Below, piece by piece: positions 50,564 through 61,336 of a stretch of DNA of 64,000 bases. The stretch covers positions 29,511 to 93,510 of the forward strand of contig CAXXHB010000001.1 in assembly GCA_963664815.2 (NCBI GenBank). Direction: 5' to 3'. Source of the DNA: Spirochaetota bacterium (GTDB taxonomy: Bacteria > Spirochaetota > UBA4802 > UBA5550). The first letter of the stretch is position 1, and every line of letters begins with the position of its first letter. The notes under the pieces were generated by a model. The model was not told the DNA's origin. It saw only the letters and a program-made list of their open reading frames with translations, and made no database searches. A program made the translations under genes and the position numbers.

Positions 50564-50861
50564 AAAGGTCACCTCTTTGAAGAGAAAAAAAGAATTAATG
50601 AAAGATGTCAACCGTTTCATTTTAATAAAATCTATTATACAGTGAGTATATAAACACACCGTAGATGGCGGGGTATAACCTGTCCTTTTGTGCCGTCACC
50701 CGGAGAGCCCCTATGTGCCAAATCACTTGTGGTGAGCGAAGTCGAACCACTTGTAAAAGTGTTTACAGTATCGGGCTGGTATTTGACGGTTCAGGGAACT
50801 GTCCGTATTATATCGCAGATAATCCCGTTAATCCTTAAATCCTGTAATCGTGTTCAGACAG

Positions 50862-51250
50862 TTACTCCGGTACCCGGATAACCATCCTGAAACCGGTGCC
50901 CTGGTCGGTTATCCGCTTAAAGGGATTCGGTATGTCATATTGGTCCCGGTAATCTGTATGGATCTGATACCATACACTGTACCGCAGATCCTTTACATCA
51001 CTGCGGCACCCGCCGCCCCTTATATGAAAACTATCAAACCACTCCCAGGCATTCCCTATCATGTCATAAAGGCCCCAGGCATTGGGCTTCTTTTCACCCA
51101 CAGGGTGGAGCCTGCCCCCTGAATTCCCTTTATACCAGGCGTAGTCATCTGTCTTATCATTGCCCCAGTAATACGCGGTATCAGTCCCTGCGCGGGCAGC
51201 ATACTCCCTTTCATCGCGGTTTGGAATCTCTGTATCTACTCCATGTTTCT
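50862..51250 (-). pseudogene. 3' fragment of an FGE-sulfatase paralog
   Basis: Near-identical to 47515-47900; no 5' part. Confidence 0.85.
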
Positions 51251-51548
51251 TTTATGCAGCTTATCAGATCAGAATACGGCACATCCGCAGGTGAAGCGGC
51301 AGTAATAATGAAGGGGCTGAACAAGACCAGGGATGAAATCATCGAGGTTTTGCGGACTGTATATAACTGTTCTGACAGTAAAATTGCGAAAATACTGCAG
51401 GATATCGGAATGTAAAAAACCGATAAACACCCAAAAAAAGTTCAGGGGGTTTGACATTCCGCTAAGATACTATTATGGTCATTTAACTCCAGCGGGTGGA
51501 TCTTAAACCCGCGGTGTCTTTATTGCAGTTTTCCGGATAGAAAATTTT

Positions 51549-52919
51549 TCAGAATGGTATTCTGTTAGTTTTTGACCAGATACCCATCTCCTGCGCTGAT
51601 TTAAGCAGGCCTTCTCTGAAATCAGGATGAGCTATGCTGATAAGAGCTTCAGCCCTGCCCCAGACAGATCTGGCCTTCATGTTTACTACACCGAACTCAG
51701 TTACAAGGTATTGAACCATTGTTCGTGGAACAGTAACAACGGAGCCTGGTGTAAGGAGTGGATTTATTCTCGATTTAATTTCACCTGTTTTTTTATCCTT
51801 GTAGGTTGATGTAAAAGCCAGAAAACTCTTTCCTCCCCTTGAATGGAACGCACCGATTACAAAGTCAAGCTGGCCGCCTGTTCCTGAAATCTGCCTGAGC
51901 CCTGATGTCTCGGAACATACCTGAGAGAGCAGGTCAACTTCAACGATATTATTGATTGAAACAACATTATTATTCTGTGCCACGAATTCAGGATTGTTTG
52001 TATGGTGGATTTTACATGATGCCAGTCTTGGATTATCATGGATAAAGTCATATGTCTCTTTTGTTGCAAGACTGAAAGAGAATGTACTCTTGTTTATATC
52101 AACGCTTTTTTTGGCATTTGTGATCTTGCCAGCGTTGTAAAGCGTAACCATGGCATCACAGAACATCTCACTCTGAATTCCAAGGTTCCTGACATCGCTA
52201 TGTGCAATCATTTCTCCAATAAAATTTGGCAATGAACCTATTCCAAGCTGCAGGCATGCCCCGCTTTCAACATAAGGCACGATGAACTCGGCAATTTTTT
52301 TCTCTGAGGGAGACGCCTCGGGAAGTGTTGGAGTCGAAAAAATGGGGGTGTTGCTCCCTTCAATTATATAATCCACTTCGCTGATATGCACATATTCATC
52401 ATTTCCGCCAAGACAGCGCGGCATATTTATATTTACCTCAACAATCATTATATCAGCCTTTAATGCCATACCCCTGTTATGCGAATTACCAATGCCGAAA
52501 TTAAAACATCCGTTCCTGTCCATCGGTGTTACCTGCGCACACCAGACCTTCGGTTTAAGAAAATTCAGATCGTTATTGTAATATGCCACCAGCGTCGCTT
52601 CATGATAGTTAAAAGGCAGGTGACATGCAAGTCCCTTATCTCCGGCCATCCTGTCCATAAGCGTATAATACCAGCTAAAATACTGGAAGGTTTTCTGTTC
52701 CGGATCATTCTGTATTACTGCAGGAACCGGCGGAATAGTCCCTGTTCCCCTTATAGATACATTTTCAATTTCACCAACGCGTTTGCTTAACGCCACATCA
52801 AAATCAACCGGTTTTGTTGCAAACATACCATAATCGATAATATCATTTGAATTGATCATGTTTGCCGCTTCAGCAGCACTGATAAGCTTTCTTTTGTAGT
52901 CCGATAAATAGGTGTTCAT
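51549..52919 (-). CDS. acetyl-CoA hydrolase / 4-hydroxybutyrate-type CoA-transferase
   Basis: LQLGIG, SEM, SGTGGQLDF, VTEFG, IAHPDFR. Confidence 0.92.
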   Translation of the reverse strand: MNTYLSDYKRKLISAAEAANMINSNDIIDYGMFATKPVDFDVALSKRVGEIENVSIRGTGTIPPVPAVIQNDPEQKTFQYFSWYYTLMDRMAGDKGLACHLPFNYHEATLVAYYNNDLNFLKPKVWCAQVTPMDRNGCFNFGIGNSHNRGMALKADIMIVEVNINMPRCLGGNDEYVHISEVDYIIEGSNTPIFSTPTLPEASPSEKKIAEFIVPYVESGACLQLGIGSLPNFIGEMIAHSDVRNLGIQSEMFCDAMVTLYNAGKITNAKKSVDINKSTFSFSLATKETYDFIHDNPRLASCKIHHTNNPEFVAQNNNVVSINNIVEVDLLSQVCSETSGLRQISGTGGQLDFVIGAFHSRGGKSFLAFTSTYKDKKTGEIKSRINPLLTPGSVVTVPRTMVQYLVTEFGVVNMKARSVWGRAEALISIAHPDFREGLLKSAQEMGIWSKTNRIPF

Positions 52920-53340
52920 GCTTTTTTCTCCTTTTTTATTTTATCTTTTATAATCACTTTATTTATCATCCGGGGAAATATATGATGAAACAGATAATAA
53001 TATAATAAGCATATACTTATAGACTACAGTAAAAATATTCCAGCTTCTGTAATTATATTCACATTCATTACAGTTTAAATCACACGGACTAATTTCAACA
53101 CTCTTAAAGAAAAAGGCAGCAGAATCTTTTTTTGTTTCAAAAAGCAAAGGATCAGCGATACTGTAATATACCCGTGATTTTTTCCAATTATCTTCCAGCA
53201 GGCCGATAATATACAAATCCTGATATGCTGCGATACAGCAGTCTGCGTTATACTAAGTATGGAAGAGAAATCTGGTAATCATAATTTTTATAACTATTAG
53301 ATTATATGCATACACTAATAGTTATAAAAATGTCAACAGA

Positions 53341-53586
53341 TTTTAAAAAAACCTCATAATTTTCTATCCAGAAAAATATAATATTTCACCTTTATGAAAG
53401 TATGTTAATCAGAAATTTTAAAGATGTACCGGGATAAAAACCGGATACTATATATACAACAGACGAAAATCGCAGAATAAATTATTCACTTACGCCCAGC
53501 CTATGCCGGCTGAAAGATCACCGGCTGATCCATATACCCACGGCAACAGCCCCTAAATCACCAGTGGATCTATAATCTTCCGGCAA
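53341..53586 (+). repeat. ~245-bp direct repeat bracketing the HEPN-MNT pair (copy at 54721-54967)
   Basis: Near-identical ttttaaaaaaacctc...ctataatcttccggcaa. Confidence 0.9.
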
Positions 53587-53936
53587 CCGCTCCCGCACCC
53601 CCGGAGGGGGCAAAGATAGTCTTGCCCCCTCCGGGGGTGCGGGAGCGGTTAAGTTCCGGTCGCTGAAAGTATACTATACCGGCAATGGTGCGGGGGAATT
53701 AGGGGGCTTCTGGTACAAGTGAATTTATCGGAAGATGTGATTTCCATACAAGAAGTGTGTGAGCAGAGGAGCCTTGCTAAGATCATGAACCTGACGGTGC
53801 TGCATGGACCGAATCACGCCCCCGGCCTGTCGGCCACCCCCTTTGTTAAGGGGGTTTGACATTCCGATAAGATACCATTATCTTTCTTTATAATCTCAGC
53901 AGGAAAAATCTTCACTTTGTTTAAACCCAGAATTCA

Positions 53937-54260
53937 TCATGCTATCTTCAGTTCAATCCCTTCATGCTTTGCCGTTTCAATAACCGGTGATCCGGAATCG
54001 CTGTTGAAATACTTTTCGCCTACAGGTACTGGCTCTATTCTGTAATCACCTATCTTCGTGAGTTTCCACAGCAGCCCGTAATAACGCTCTCTCCCTTTAT
54101 CGAATTCAGGAGAAACGAGAAGAAGATCGATATCGCTTTCATCGGTATAGTCGCCGCGGGCGTAACTGCCGAAGATAATTGCCCTGGTAATAACAAGGCC
54201 ATGTTCGGACAATGAAGCCACGTATTTACATGCAAGCTTTACAGCATCTTCTCTGCCCAT
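53937..54260 (-). CDS. MNT nucleotidyltransferase antitoxin
   Basis: FGSYARG...SDIDL. Confidence 0.9.
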   Translation of the reverse strand: MGREDAVKLACKYVASLSEHGLVITRAIIFGSYARGDYTDESDIDLLLVSPEFDKGRERYYGLLWKLTKIGDYRIEPVPVGEKYFNSDSGSPVIETAKHEGIELKIA

Positions 54261-54616
54261 TTCATCACTTCCGTTGTTTTATCCATAAACCGGGACACCT
54301 GTTCACCATCGTGTTCTGTCCCTGATGGTTCAGGGTATCTCCCCTGTATATTGTATTCCATCAGTATTCCAAAATGATATTCAATCTCATCATTGAGCTT
54401 TATACCGGATTTTTCTGCCAGCATGAAAAGATTATGGCTTTTTGGTGCAAGTTCTGATGTTTTCTTCACATACAGGGCTTTCAGCATTTTTTCCATTGCA
54501 AGATGACAGAAAAACATCCCCTCTCGGTATTTTTTCTTTTCGATCAATATCCCTGCTGTCTCAATATCAGACAGTGATCCGCTATGCCAGTAATTTATCT
54601 GTTTCTGAATATCCAT
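54239..54616 (-). CDS. HEPN-domain protein
   Basis: FFCHLAMEKMLKA...KSHNL...RYP. Confidence 0.88.
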   Translation of the reverse strand: MDIQKQINYWHSGSLSDIETAGILIEKKKYREGMFFCHLAMEKMLKALYVKKTSELAPKSHNLFMLAEKSGIKLNDEIEYHFGILMEYNIQGRYPEPSGTEHDGEQVSRFMDKTTEVMKWAEKML

Positions 54617-55219
54617 TTAATAAATCATTCCATTAAACGGTTTTTTAATCATAATTTAATGCAATGTCAACAGATTTTTCGCTCCCGCTGTCACTGGTTT
54701 GACATTCCGATAAGATAAGATTTTAAAAAAACCTCGTAATTTTCTATCCAGAAAAATATAATATTTCACCTTTATGAAAGTATGTTAATCAGAAATTTTT
54801 AAGATGTAGCTGGATAAAAACCGGATATTATATATAATACAGACGAAAATCGCAGAATAAATTATTCACTTACACCCAGCCTATGCCGGCTGAAAGATCA
54901 CCGGAGGATCCATATACCCACGGCAACAGCCCCCTGAATCACCAGTGGATCTATAATCTTCCGGCAAGAGCCCCCTAAGTCCCCCGGCGGGGGACTTAGG
55001 GGGCTTTCTGGTACAAGTGAATCACCGGCTGATCCATCCTCTTCCGGCGACAGCCCCCGCACCCCCGGAGGGGGCAAGACTATCTTTGCCCCCTCCGGGC
55101 GTTGTGCTGAACTTGCCGAAGCAGGTGCGGGGGCTGTTAAGTTCCGGTCGCTGAAAGCATACTATACCGGCCGAGGTGCAAAGGCCGAATCGCGGCATCA
55201 TCCACTGTTCCGGGGCCAG

Positions 55220-57181
55220 TTATCTCTTTTCATTTTCTTTTTCGTTTTTAACTTTGGTGTATTTATAAACCTTCATGCCCGGTTTTATATCGTTTCTGTT
55301 TCCTGAAGTTATTTCGCATTTGGTCAATGTCTGCATGGGGAATGTTGCGCGGAGTATTATTATTTTATTCCCTGAATACAGACAGAGTTTATCACCCATA
55401 TATACGCGATCAGCAATATTCCTCCCCCCTACCAGGATCTCTTTTTTATCTACGGATTTAACCTCGCCGACATACAGACCCGATTGCTCAAGAGATTCTT
55501 TCTGTTTGGCGGCGGAAAGAGGATTTTTTAAAATACCATACCTCCCGTTTTTTTTAACAACAGCGATACCTTCAGAAAAAGTACCTGCTTCTTCCAGTTC
55601 AGGTTCGATAACAAACTTACCATCCCTGTTTATATAGCCCCAGGTTGAATTATTATAATCTGTTTTAACCTTTGCCAGCCCTTCAGAAAAACTCTCTGCA
55701 ACATCAAACTGCGGCTCTATTGCAAATTTACCATTTTTATCGATAAAGCCCCACTTCTCATCGTTTTTCACGGCGGCAAGACCTTCGGTAAAATTCAGTA
55801 CACTTTTAAATTGAGGTTTCACAACAACATTTCCCTCAGCATTTATAAAACCATATTTGCTGAAAACAGACATGGTCGAAAAGGAGAAAAATCCATTGAA
55901 ACAATTGTTCGGTACACAGATTTCGGTTGAAGAATATATCCATGCCATCCCTTCTGAAAAGCTGCCAATGCGCTTATATTCAGGTTTTATTAAAAATTTC
56001 CCATATTTGTCAATATAGCCATACCTTGAATCAATCTGGTAAAAATTGCGTTTTTCAACTCTTGCAGCACCTCCGGTAAAGTCATCATAGTTATAAAACT
56101 GGGGTTTAAAAATTAACCGGCCATCCTTATTCAGCAGACCATGTTCATAATAATAAAAGGGTGTATTGCTGAGATATATTTTAGTTACCCATGCGACGCC
56201 ATCGGAGAAATGCCTTGGACGTTCATATTCAGGTTCTACTATAATTTTACCATCTCTGTTGATGAAACCCCAGTATCTGTCAGTTTCAACCGCGGCTATT
56301 CCCTCTGAAAACGATTCTGCACCCTGAAATTGAGGTTTAATTACAGTCACGCCATCTTTATTGATGAAACCCCATTTATATGTTTTGTCAGTTAAAATCG
56401 CGGCAAGTCCCTCTGAAAATGGTATTGCGGCCTGAAATTGAGGTTTAATTACAATCTCGCCATCTTTATTGATGAAACCCCATCTATATGTTTTGTCAGA
56501 TTCAATCGCGGCAAGCCCTTCTGAAAATGAGTATGCTTTATAAAACTGAGGCGCTGCTGTAATTGTACCATCTTTATTGATGAAGCCGTATTTTTTATCT
56601 TTTATTATTAATGCCATCCCTTCGGAAAAGTTATCTGCTTCATCAAACTGCGGTTCTGCTATAATTTTGCCGTCTTTACTGATAAAACCCCATTTGGCAT
56701 CTTTTTGAACTATAGCAATATCTTCAAAAAAATTATTTATCTTAGAAAACTGTGGTTTTGCTATAATTTTACCATCTCTGTCAGCTAAACCCCATCGGTT
56801 GTCTTTACAGATTTTAGCAACACCCGGAGAAAGTATCTGTATATCATCATATTCAGGTTCAACAATTACTTTACCATCTTTATTTATCAGGCCCCATTTC
56901 TTATTTTTACTGACTCTGGCCATTCCTTCAGAAAAGGATTCTATTGAGTCAAACTGAAGTTCTGTTAAAACCTTTCCCTCTTTATTTATAAGTCCGTATT
57001 TACTGTTTTTATATATCTCCGCAACACCATCGGAAAAGGGGCTTATGTATTCATATTGATTTTTTTCAAACCAGATTGTATTGTCGCTGTTTTTATGTTG
57101 AGAGCTGCCCGCTGAGGGGAGAAGGGAAAGCTGTAGTGTCATTATAACTATTATCGATATTATTCTCATTATTTTTCTCAT
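55220..57181 (-). CDS. exported WG-repeat protein with a C-terminal 'FPM' beta domain
   Basis: Many FSEGLA...KWGFINKDG...IKPQF repeats. Confidence 0.9.
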   Translation of the reverse strand: MRKIMRIISIIVIMTLQLSLLPSAGSSQHKNSDNTIWFEKNQYEYISPFSDGVAEIYKNSKYGLINKEGKVLTELQFDSIESFSEGMARVSKNKKWGLINKDGKVIVEPEYDDIQILSPGVAKICKDNRWGLADRDGKIIAKPQFSKINNFFEDIAIVQKDAKWGFISKDGKIIAEPQFDEADNFSEGMALIIKDKKYGFINKDGTITAAPQFYKAYSFSEGLAAIESDKTYRWGFINKDGEIVIKPQFQAAIPFSEGLAAILTDKTYKWGFINKDGVTVIKPQFQGAESFSEGIAAVETDRYWGFINRDGKIIVEPEYERPRHFSDGVAWVTKIYLSNTPFYYYEHGLLNKDGRLIFKPQFYNYDDFTGGAARVEKRNFYQIDSRYGYIDKYGKFLIKPEYKRIGSFSEGMAWIYSSTEICVPNNCFNGFFSFSTMSVFSKYGFINAEGNVVVKPQFKSVLNFTEGLAAVKNDEKWGFIDKNGKFAIEPQFDVAESFSEGLAKVKTDYNNSTWGYINRDGKFVIEPELEEAGTFSEGIAVVKKNGRYGILKNPLSAAKQKESLEQSGLYVGEVKSVDKKEILVGGRNIADRVYMGDKLCLYSGNKIIILRATFPMQTLTKCEITSGNRNDIKPGMKVYKYTKVKNEKENEKR

Positions 57182-57958
57182 TCGGGTATACCGGTCTTTA
57201 TGTTGTATTGTGGTGATGAATAAGGAGATAGCATATGCCGGTTCAGATGTCCATAAGAATTAAATTACAATAGATTTTTTTTAATGTGTTTAATATATGT
57301 TAAGCAACATAAACGCATCGTACTTCGCAACCCGAGACGGCCACACCAGTCGAATCCATATACCCACGGCGACAGCCCCCTGAATCACCAGTGGATCTAT
57401 AAACTTCTGGTAACAGCCCCCGCACCCCCGGAGGGGGCAAAGATAGTCTTGCCCCCTCCGGGGGTGCGGGGGCTGTTAAGTACCGGTAGCTGAAAGATCA
57501 CCGGTGGATCTATAATCTTCCGGCGACAGCCCCCTAAATCCCCCGGCGGGGGACTTGAAGATACTGTTATTAAACTATTTGTTTTTAATGTATTCATCCC
57601 TGTAGTCGTCATAATCCTTTCTGAGTGTATGAACATCCCCATAAATTTCTACTGCAGGTTTTTTCTCATGACAGAAAAAATCAGGCATGTATCTGCGTAT
57701 TCTTTGACTTAAATATTTATCAGTACAGCAGTCTTTTAAGTCCCCCGCCGGGGGATTTAGGGGGTTTTCTGGTACAGGTGAATCACCGGCGGATCCATCC
57801 TCTTCTGGCAACAGCCCCCGCGCCCCCGGCCTGTCGGCCACCCCCTTGTTAAGGGGGTTTAACTTTGAGTGCATAAGCAAAGCATGTTATATGAAACATT
57901 TATATCTTGATTAATCTGCTGAAGTAATGTATGGTATATAAAAATATTGAGGTTTAAA

Positions 57959-58097
57959 ATGAAAGTAAAGCACGATATGAAGAACAGATAAACAATATAT
58001 ACACTACAAGAAAATCCAGAAAAGAACTGGAGAAACTTAAATGATTTATATACTCGATACAAATATATGTATTTATTTATTGGATGGTAATAAAAAA
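57959..58097 (+). pseudogene. vapBC-like remnant (PIN N-terminus)
   Basis: MIYILDTNICIY at 58041, preceded by a broken small ORF. Confidence 0.55.
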
Positions 58098-58784
58098 ATG
58101 AATGAACACCTGTACCTGTTACCCGTACTTCTTGAGAATTCAGGTTTCCTTTTTGAGGCAGAGGTCGTGAAGGATTTTCTGTATAAGAAAAAGAACCTTG
58201 AAAAGCTAAATGAAGTTCAAAGCCGGATACTCGGAAAAAAAATATACTATGGCGCCAGGTTGCCTGTTAAGGCAGCAACTGGAGATTACTGGTTCGATAT
58301 TTATTCTTTTAGTTTGTTCATGTATATAGAATCGGGAAATTTTTCTTACTGGTTAGCCATGTCTCCCCTGAGAGCAATTAATATTCTGGAGGGGGGAGAT
58401 CCGTGTGCAATAATTCATTTTAATGCTTTTGAAGAGATTAAAGAGAGTATGAGTTCATTGCAGTATAATGTCTGGACGCCCGATATTTTTCAGACTATTA
58501 TACATAACTGTGAGTACAATTTATGGGATTTCAGCAATTATAAAGAATGGGTCGAAGATGGATACGAATACAAAGTAATTATTGATAACAAAATGACCAT
58601 TGAAAAGAAAACTTCAGTCGGTTCTGAATGGTCTGCCATTTTAGAGTATGAAGATGTAGTGGAAGAATTTTGTGCCCGTTTATCTTTTGAAGATAAAAAT
58701 TATGAACTGGAAATCTCAAATGAAAAATTTCACCAAAGACTGAGTGCAGTTACTGATTATCTCCTTGCAGTTTCTGAAAAGTAG
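58098..58784 (+). CDS. hypothetical protein
   Basis: Open 228-aa frame, in frame with the PIN remnant. Confidence 0.5.
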   Translation: MNEHLYLLPVLLENSGFLFEAEVVKDFLYKKKNLEKLNEVQSRILGKKIYYGARLPVKAATGDYWFDIYSFSLFMYIESGNFSYWLAMSPLRAINILEGGDPCAIIHFNAFEEIKESMSSLQYNVWTPDIFQTIIHNCEYNLWDFSNYKEWVEDGYEYKVIIDNKMTIEKKTSVGSEWSAILEYEDVVEEFCARLSFEDKNYELEISNEKFHQRLSAVTDYLLAVSEK

Positions 58785-59427
58785 TTCTGCATATATTAAA
58801 CTATTTGTGTTTTAATATATTCATCCCTGTAGTCGTCATAATCCTTTCTGAGTTTATGAACATCTGAATCAATTTCTAATACAGGCTTTTTCTCATGACA
58901 GAAAAAATCAGGCATGTATCTGTGTATTATTGACTTAAATATTTATCAGTACAGCAGTCTTTTAAGTCCCCCGCCGGGGGATTTAGGGGGTTTTCTGGTA
59001 CAAGTGAATCACCAGCGGATCCATCCTCTTCCGGCAACAGCCCCCGCACCCCCGGAGGGGGCAAAGATAGTCTTGCCCCCTCCGGGGGTGCGGGGGCTAT
59101 TAAGTACCGGTAGCCGAGAGTGTATCTAACCGCCAGAGTGCAATGCGGGGCTGTTAAGTTCCGGTCGCTGAAAGTATTCTATACCGTCAATGGTGCGGGG
59201 ATTTAGGGGGCTTTCTGGTACAAGTGAATTTATCGGATGATGTATCATCCAGACAAGAAGTGTGTGAGCAGAGGAGCCTTGCTAAGATCATGAACCTGTC
59301 AGCACTGCATTGCATATAATCTTTAATTCTGTACTTTAACTTTTTTACTTGATCCGGCGGGGATATACGGCATCTTTGTCCTGAGGATAAACATGAAACA
59401 AAAACCGATCAAACAGCAGGCCAGTCA

Positions 59428-61176
59428 GTGTTAAGAAAACGGGTGAGGCAGTATCTTGATACTGATATATCAAAATATATATCGCATGTATTTATTTCAA
59501 TTATAATAGGTCTCCTTGCCGGGGGTGGGGCTATTGTTTTCCATAAGGTTCTGTATATCACCAGAACTTTCTTCAGGCCGAATAATTTCAGGGCGGTATT
59601 TGATATACCGGTTTATTTAATAATATTGATCCCTGTTTCAGGGGGGATTCTCACTTCGCTCCTCTCATGGATGTACCCCTCAATCGCAAAGGAAAAAGGG
59701 GTTATAAGCGTAATAAAGGCAATATTGATAAGAAAGGGCTTTATCCCGGTTAAAGAGACAATATTTCATTTTATCGCACCGATTATCTCCATAGGGACAG
59801 GTGCGCCTCTTGGTCCCGAGGGCCCTTCCGCAAAAATCGGAAGCGGGATAGGCTCGTACCTGTCGCAGTTTTTCAGGCATAATAGCAATGATATGATCAT
59901 GTATACAGCCGCCGGCGGCGGCGCCGCGATCTCTGCGGTATTCAATGCCCCCATAGCCGGGGTGTTTTTCGGGATTGAAGTTATTCTGCTTAACGATCTT
60001 AAAAACAGGGCTCTCAGCGCCCTGATTATTGCGGCGGTAATGGCGGATATCCTTTCGAGGACTGTGCTGGGCACTCACAGGATCTTTGTCATACCGGCAT
60101 ACAATATCGGCGATATTTATTCCTATCCGTTCTATATACTGCTTGGAATTCTCTGCGGGATCATTGCCATTATTTATTTCAGGTTCTCTGAGGTAATTAA
60201 ATTTCTCTTTGATGAGAAGCTGAAACTGACCAATCCATTTTATAGACTTCTGCCGGTCACGTTTCTGTTCGGCATATTTCTTATTTTCCAGTATGATCTT
60301 TTCGGCATCGGGTATATTGCAATAAACAATGTACTGCAGGGGAATTACCCTCCATGGCAGCTGCTTAACCTCCTTGTTCTGAAGGTTATATTCCTTGCTC
60401 TGTTTCTCCAGGCCGGTTCATTCGGGGGATCATTTGCTCCTGCCCTGAGTATCGGCACATTCCTCGGGTATCTCATGGCCATAGTCTCCAATCTGATGCT
60501 GGGGACATCTCTTGACCCCATAGCTTTTGCCCTTGTGGGGATGGGTGGAGTTCTTGCGGGGATAAATTCAATCCCCCTTACGTCAATTCTTCTGGTATTT
60601 GAGGTTACCAGTGATTATAACTTTATTCTCCCTTTAATGCTTGTTTCGATACTTTCACATCTTGTGATTTTGTATTACAGAAAGGGGAGTGAATATACTC
60701 TCGCGCTTCTTGACGAAAATATTGATGTAACTAAAAAGGGTGATCTTGATATATTTTCAAAAATGACTGTTGATATGATTCTACAGAAAGATATGGATGT
60801 TGTGGATTACACCGCCCCCTTTAAAGATATTATCAAAATAATTATGAACGCGAAATACGGTGATGTTTTTGTAACCAACCGGGAGAATCAGCTCATCGGT
60901 GTTATAACTCTCAAAGATGTACGGCAGGCCCTGCTGGACAATGACCTTTCATACCTGCTTACGGCGGGCGACCTGGCAATCGATATCCCTCCGGTGAAGA
61001 TAACCGATTCTGTTGCGGCAGCCATTGAGAAGATAAGAGACTACAACATTGAGAATATTCCCGTTGTGGTTTCGGACAGCGGCATGGAGTTTGCAGGGAT
61101 AATAAACCACAGGGATATTATAGAGACCTATTATAAAAAGCTCGATGATATAAGCATGACGGAATTTCTTTTATGA
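59428..61176 (+). CDS. CLC voltage-gated chloride channel family protein with a CBS pair
   Basis: GPEGP, AVFNAPIAG..F..E, GGSFAP, two C-terminal CBS domains. Confidence 0.92.
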   Translation: MLRKRVRQYLDTDISKYISHVFISIIIGLLAGGGAIVFHKVLYITRTFFRPNNFRAVFDIPVYLIILIPVSGGILTSLLSWMYPSIAKEKGVISVIKAILIRKGFIPVKETIFHFIAPIISIGTGAPLGPEGPSAKIGSGIGSYLSQFFRHNSNDMIMYTAAGGGAAISAVFNAPIAGVFFGIEVILLNDLKNRALSALIIAAVMADILSRTVLGTHRIFVIPAYNIGDIYSYPFYILLGILCGIIAIIYFRFSEVIKFLFDEKLKLTNPFYRLLPVTFLFGIFLIFQYDLFGIGYIAINNVLQGNYPPWQLLNLLVLKVIFLALFLQAGSFGGSFAPALSIGTFLGYLMAIVSNLMLGTSLDPIAFALVGMGGVLAGINSIPLTSILLVFEVTSDYNFILPLMLVSILSHLVILYYRKGSEYTLALLDENIDVTKKGDLDIFSKMTVDMILQKDMDVVDYTAPFKDIIKIIMNAKYGDVFVTNRENQLIGVITLKDVRQALLDNDLSYLLTAGDLAIDIPPVKITDSVAAAIEKIRDYNIENIPVVVSDSGMEFAGIINHRDIIETYYKKLDDISMTEFLL

Positions 61177-61336
61177 TGCAGAGGGGATGACGCATCAAAA
61201 CAAGCACTCCGCACTCCCGGAGGATCCATCCTCTTCCGGCACCAGCCCACTGAATCAACGGCGGGGATCCATAAACTTCCGGTACCAGCCCCCGCACCCC
61301 CGGAGGGGGCAAAGATAGTCTTGCCCCCTCCGGGGG

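Noticed and set aside
47515-51250. Diversity-generating retroelement (CLec/FGE target plus a nearby near-identical repeat)
   Set aside because: Differences are not confined to template adenines: on the coding strand they include T/G, T/C and gene-A/copy-G changes, several of them synonymous. No reverse transcriptase or avd gene is in the window.
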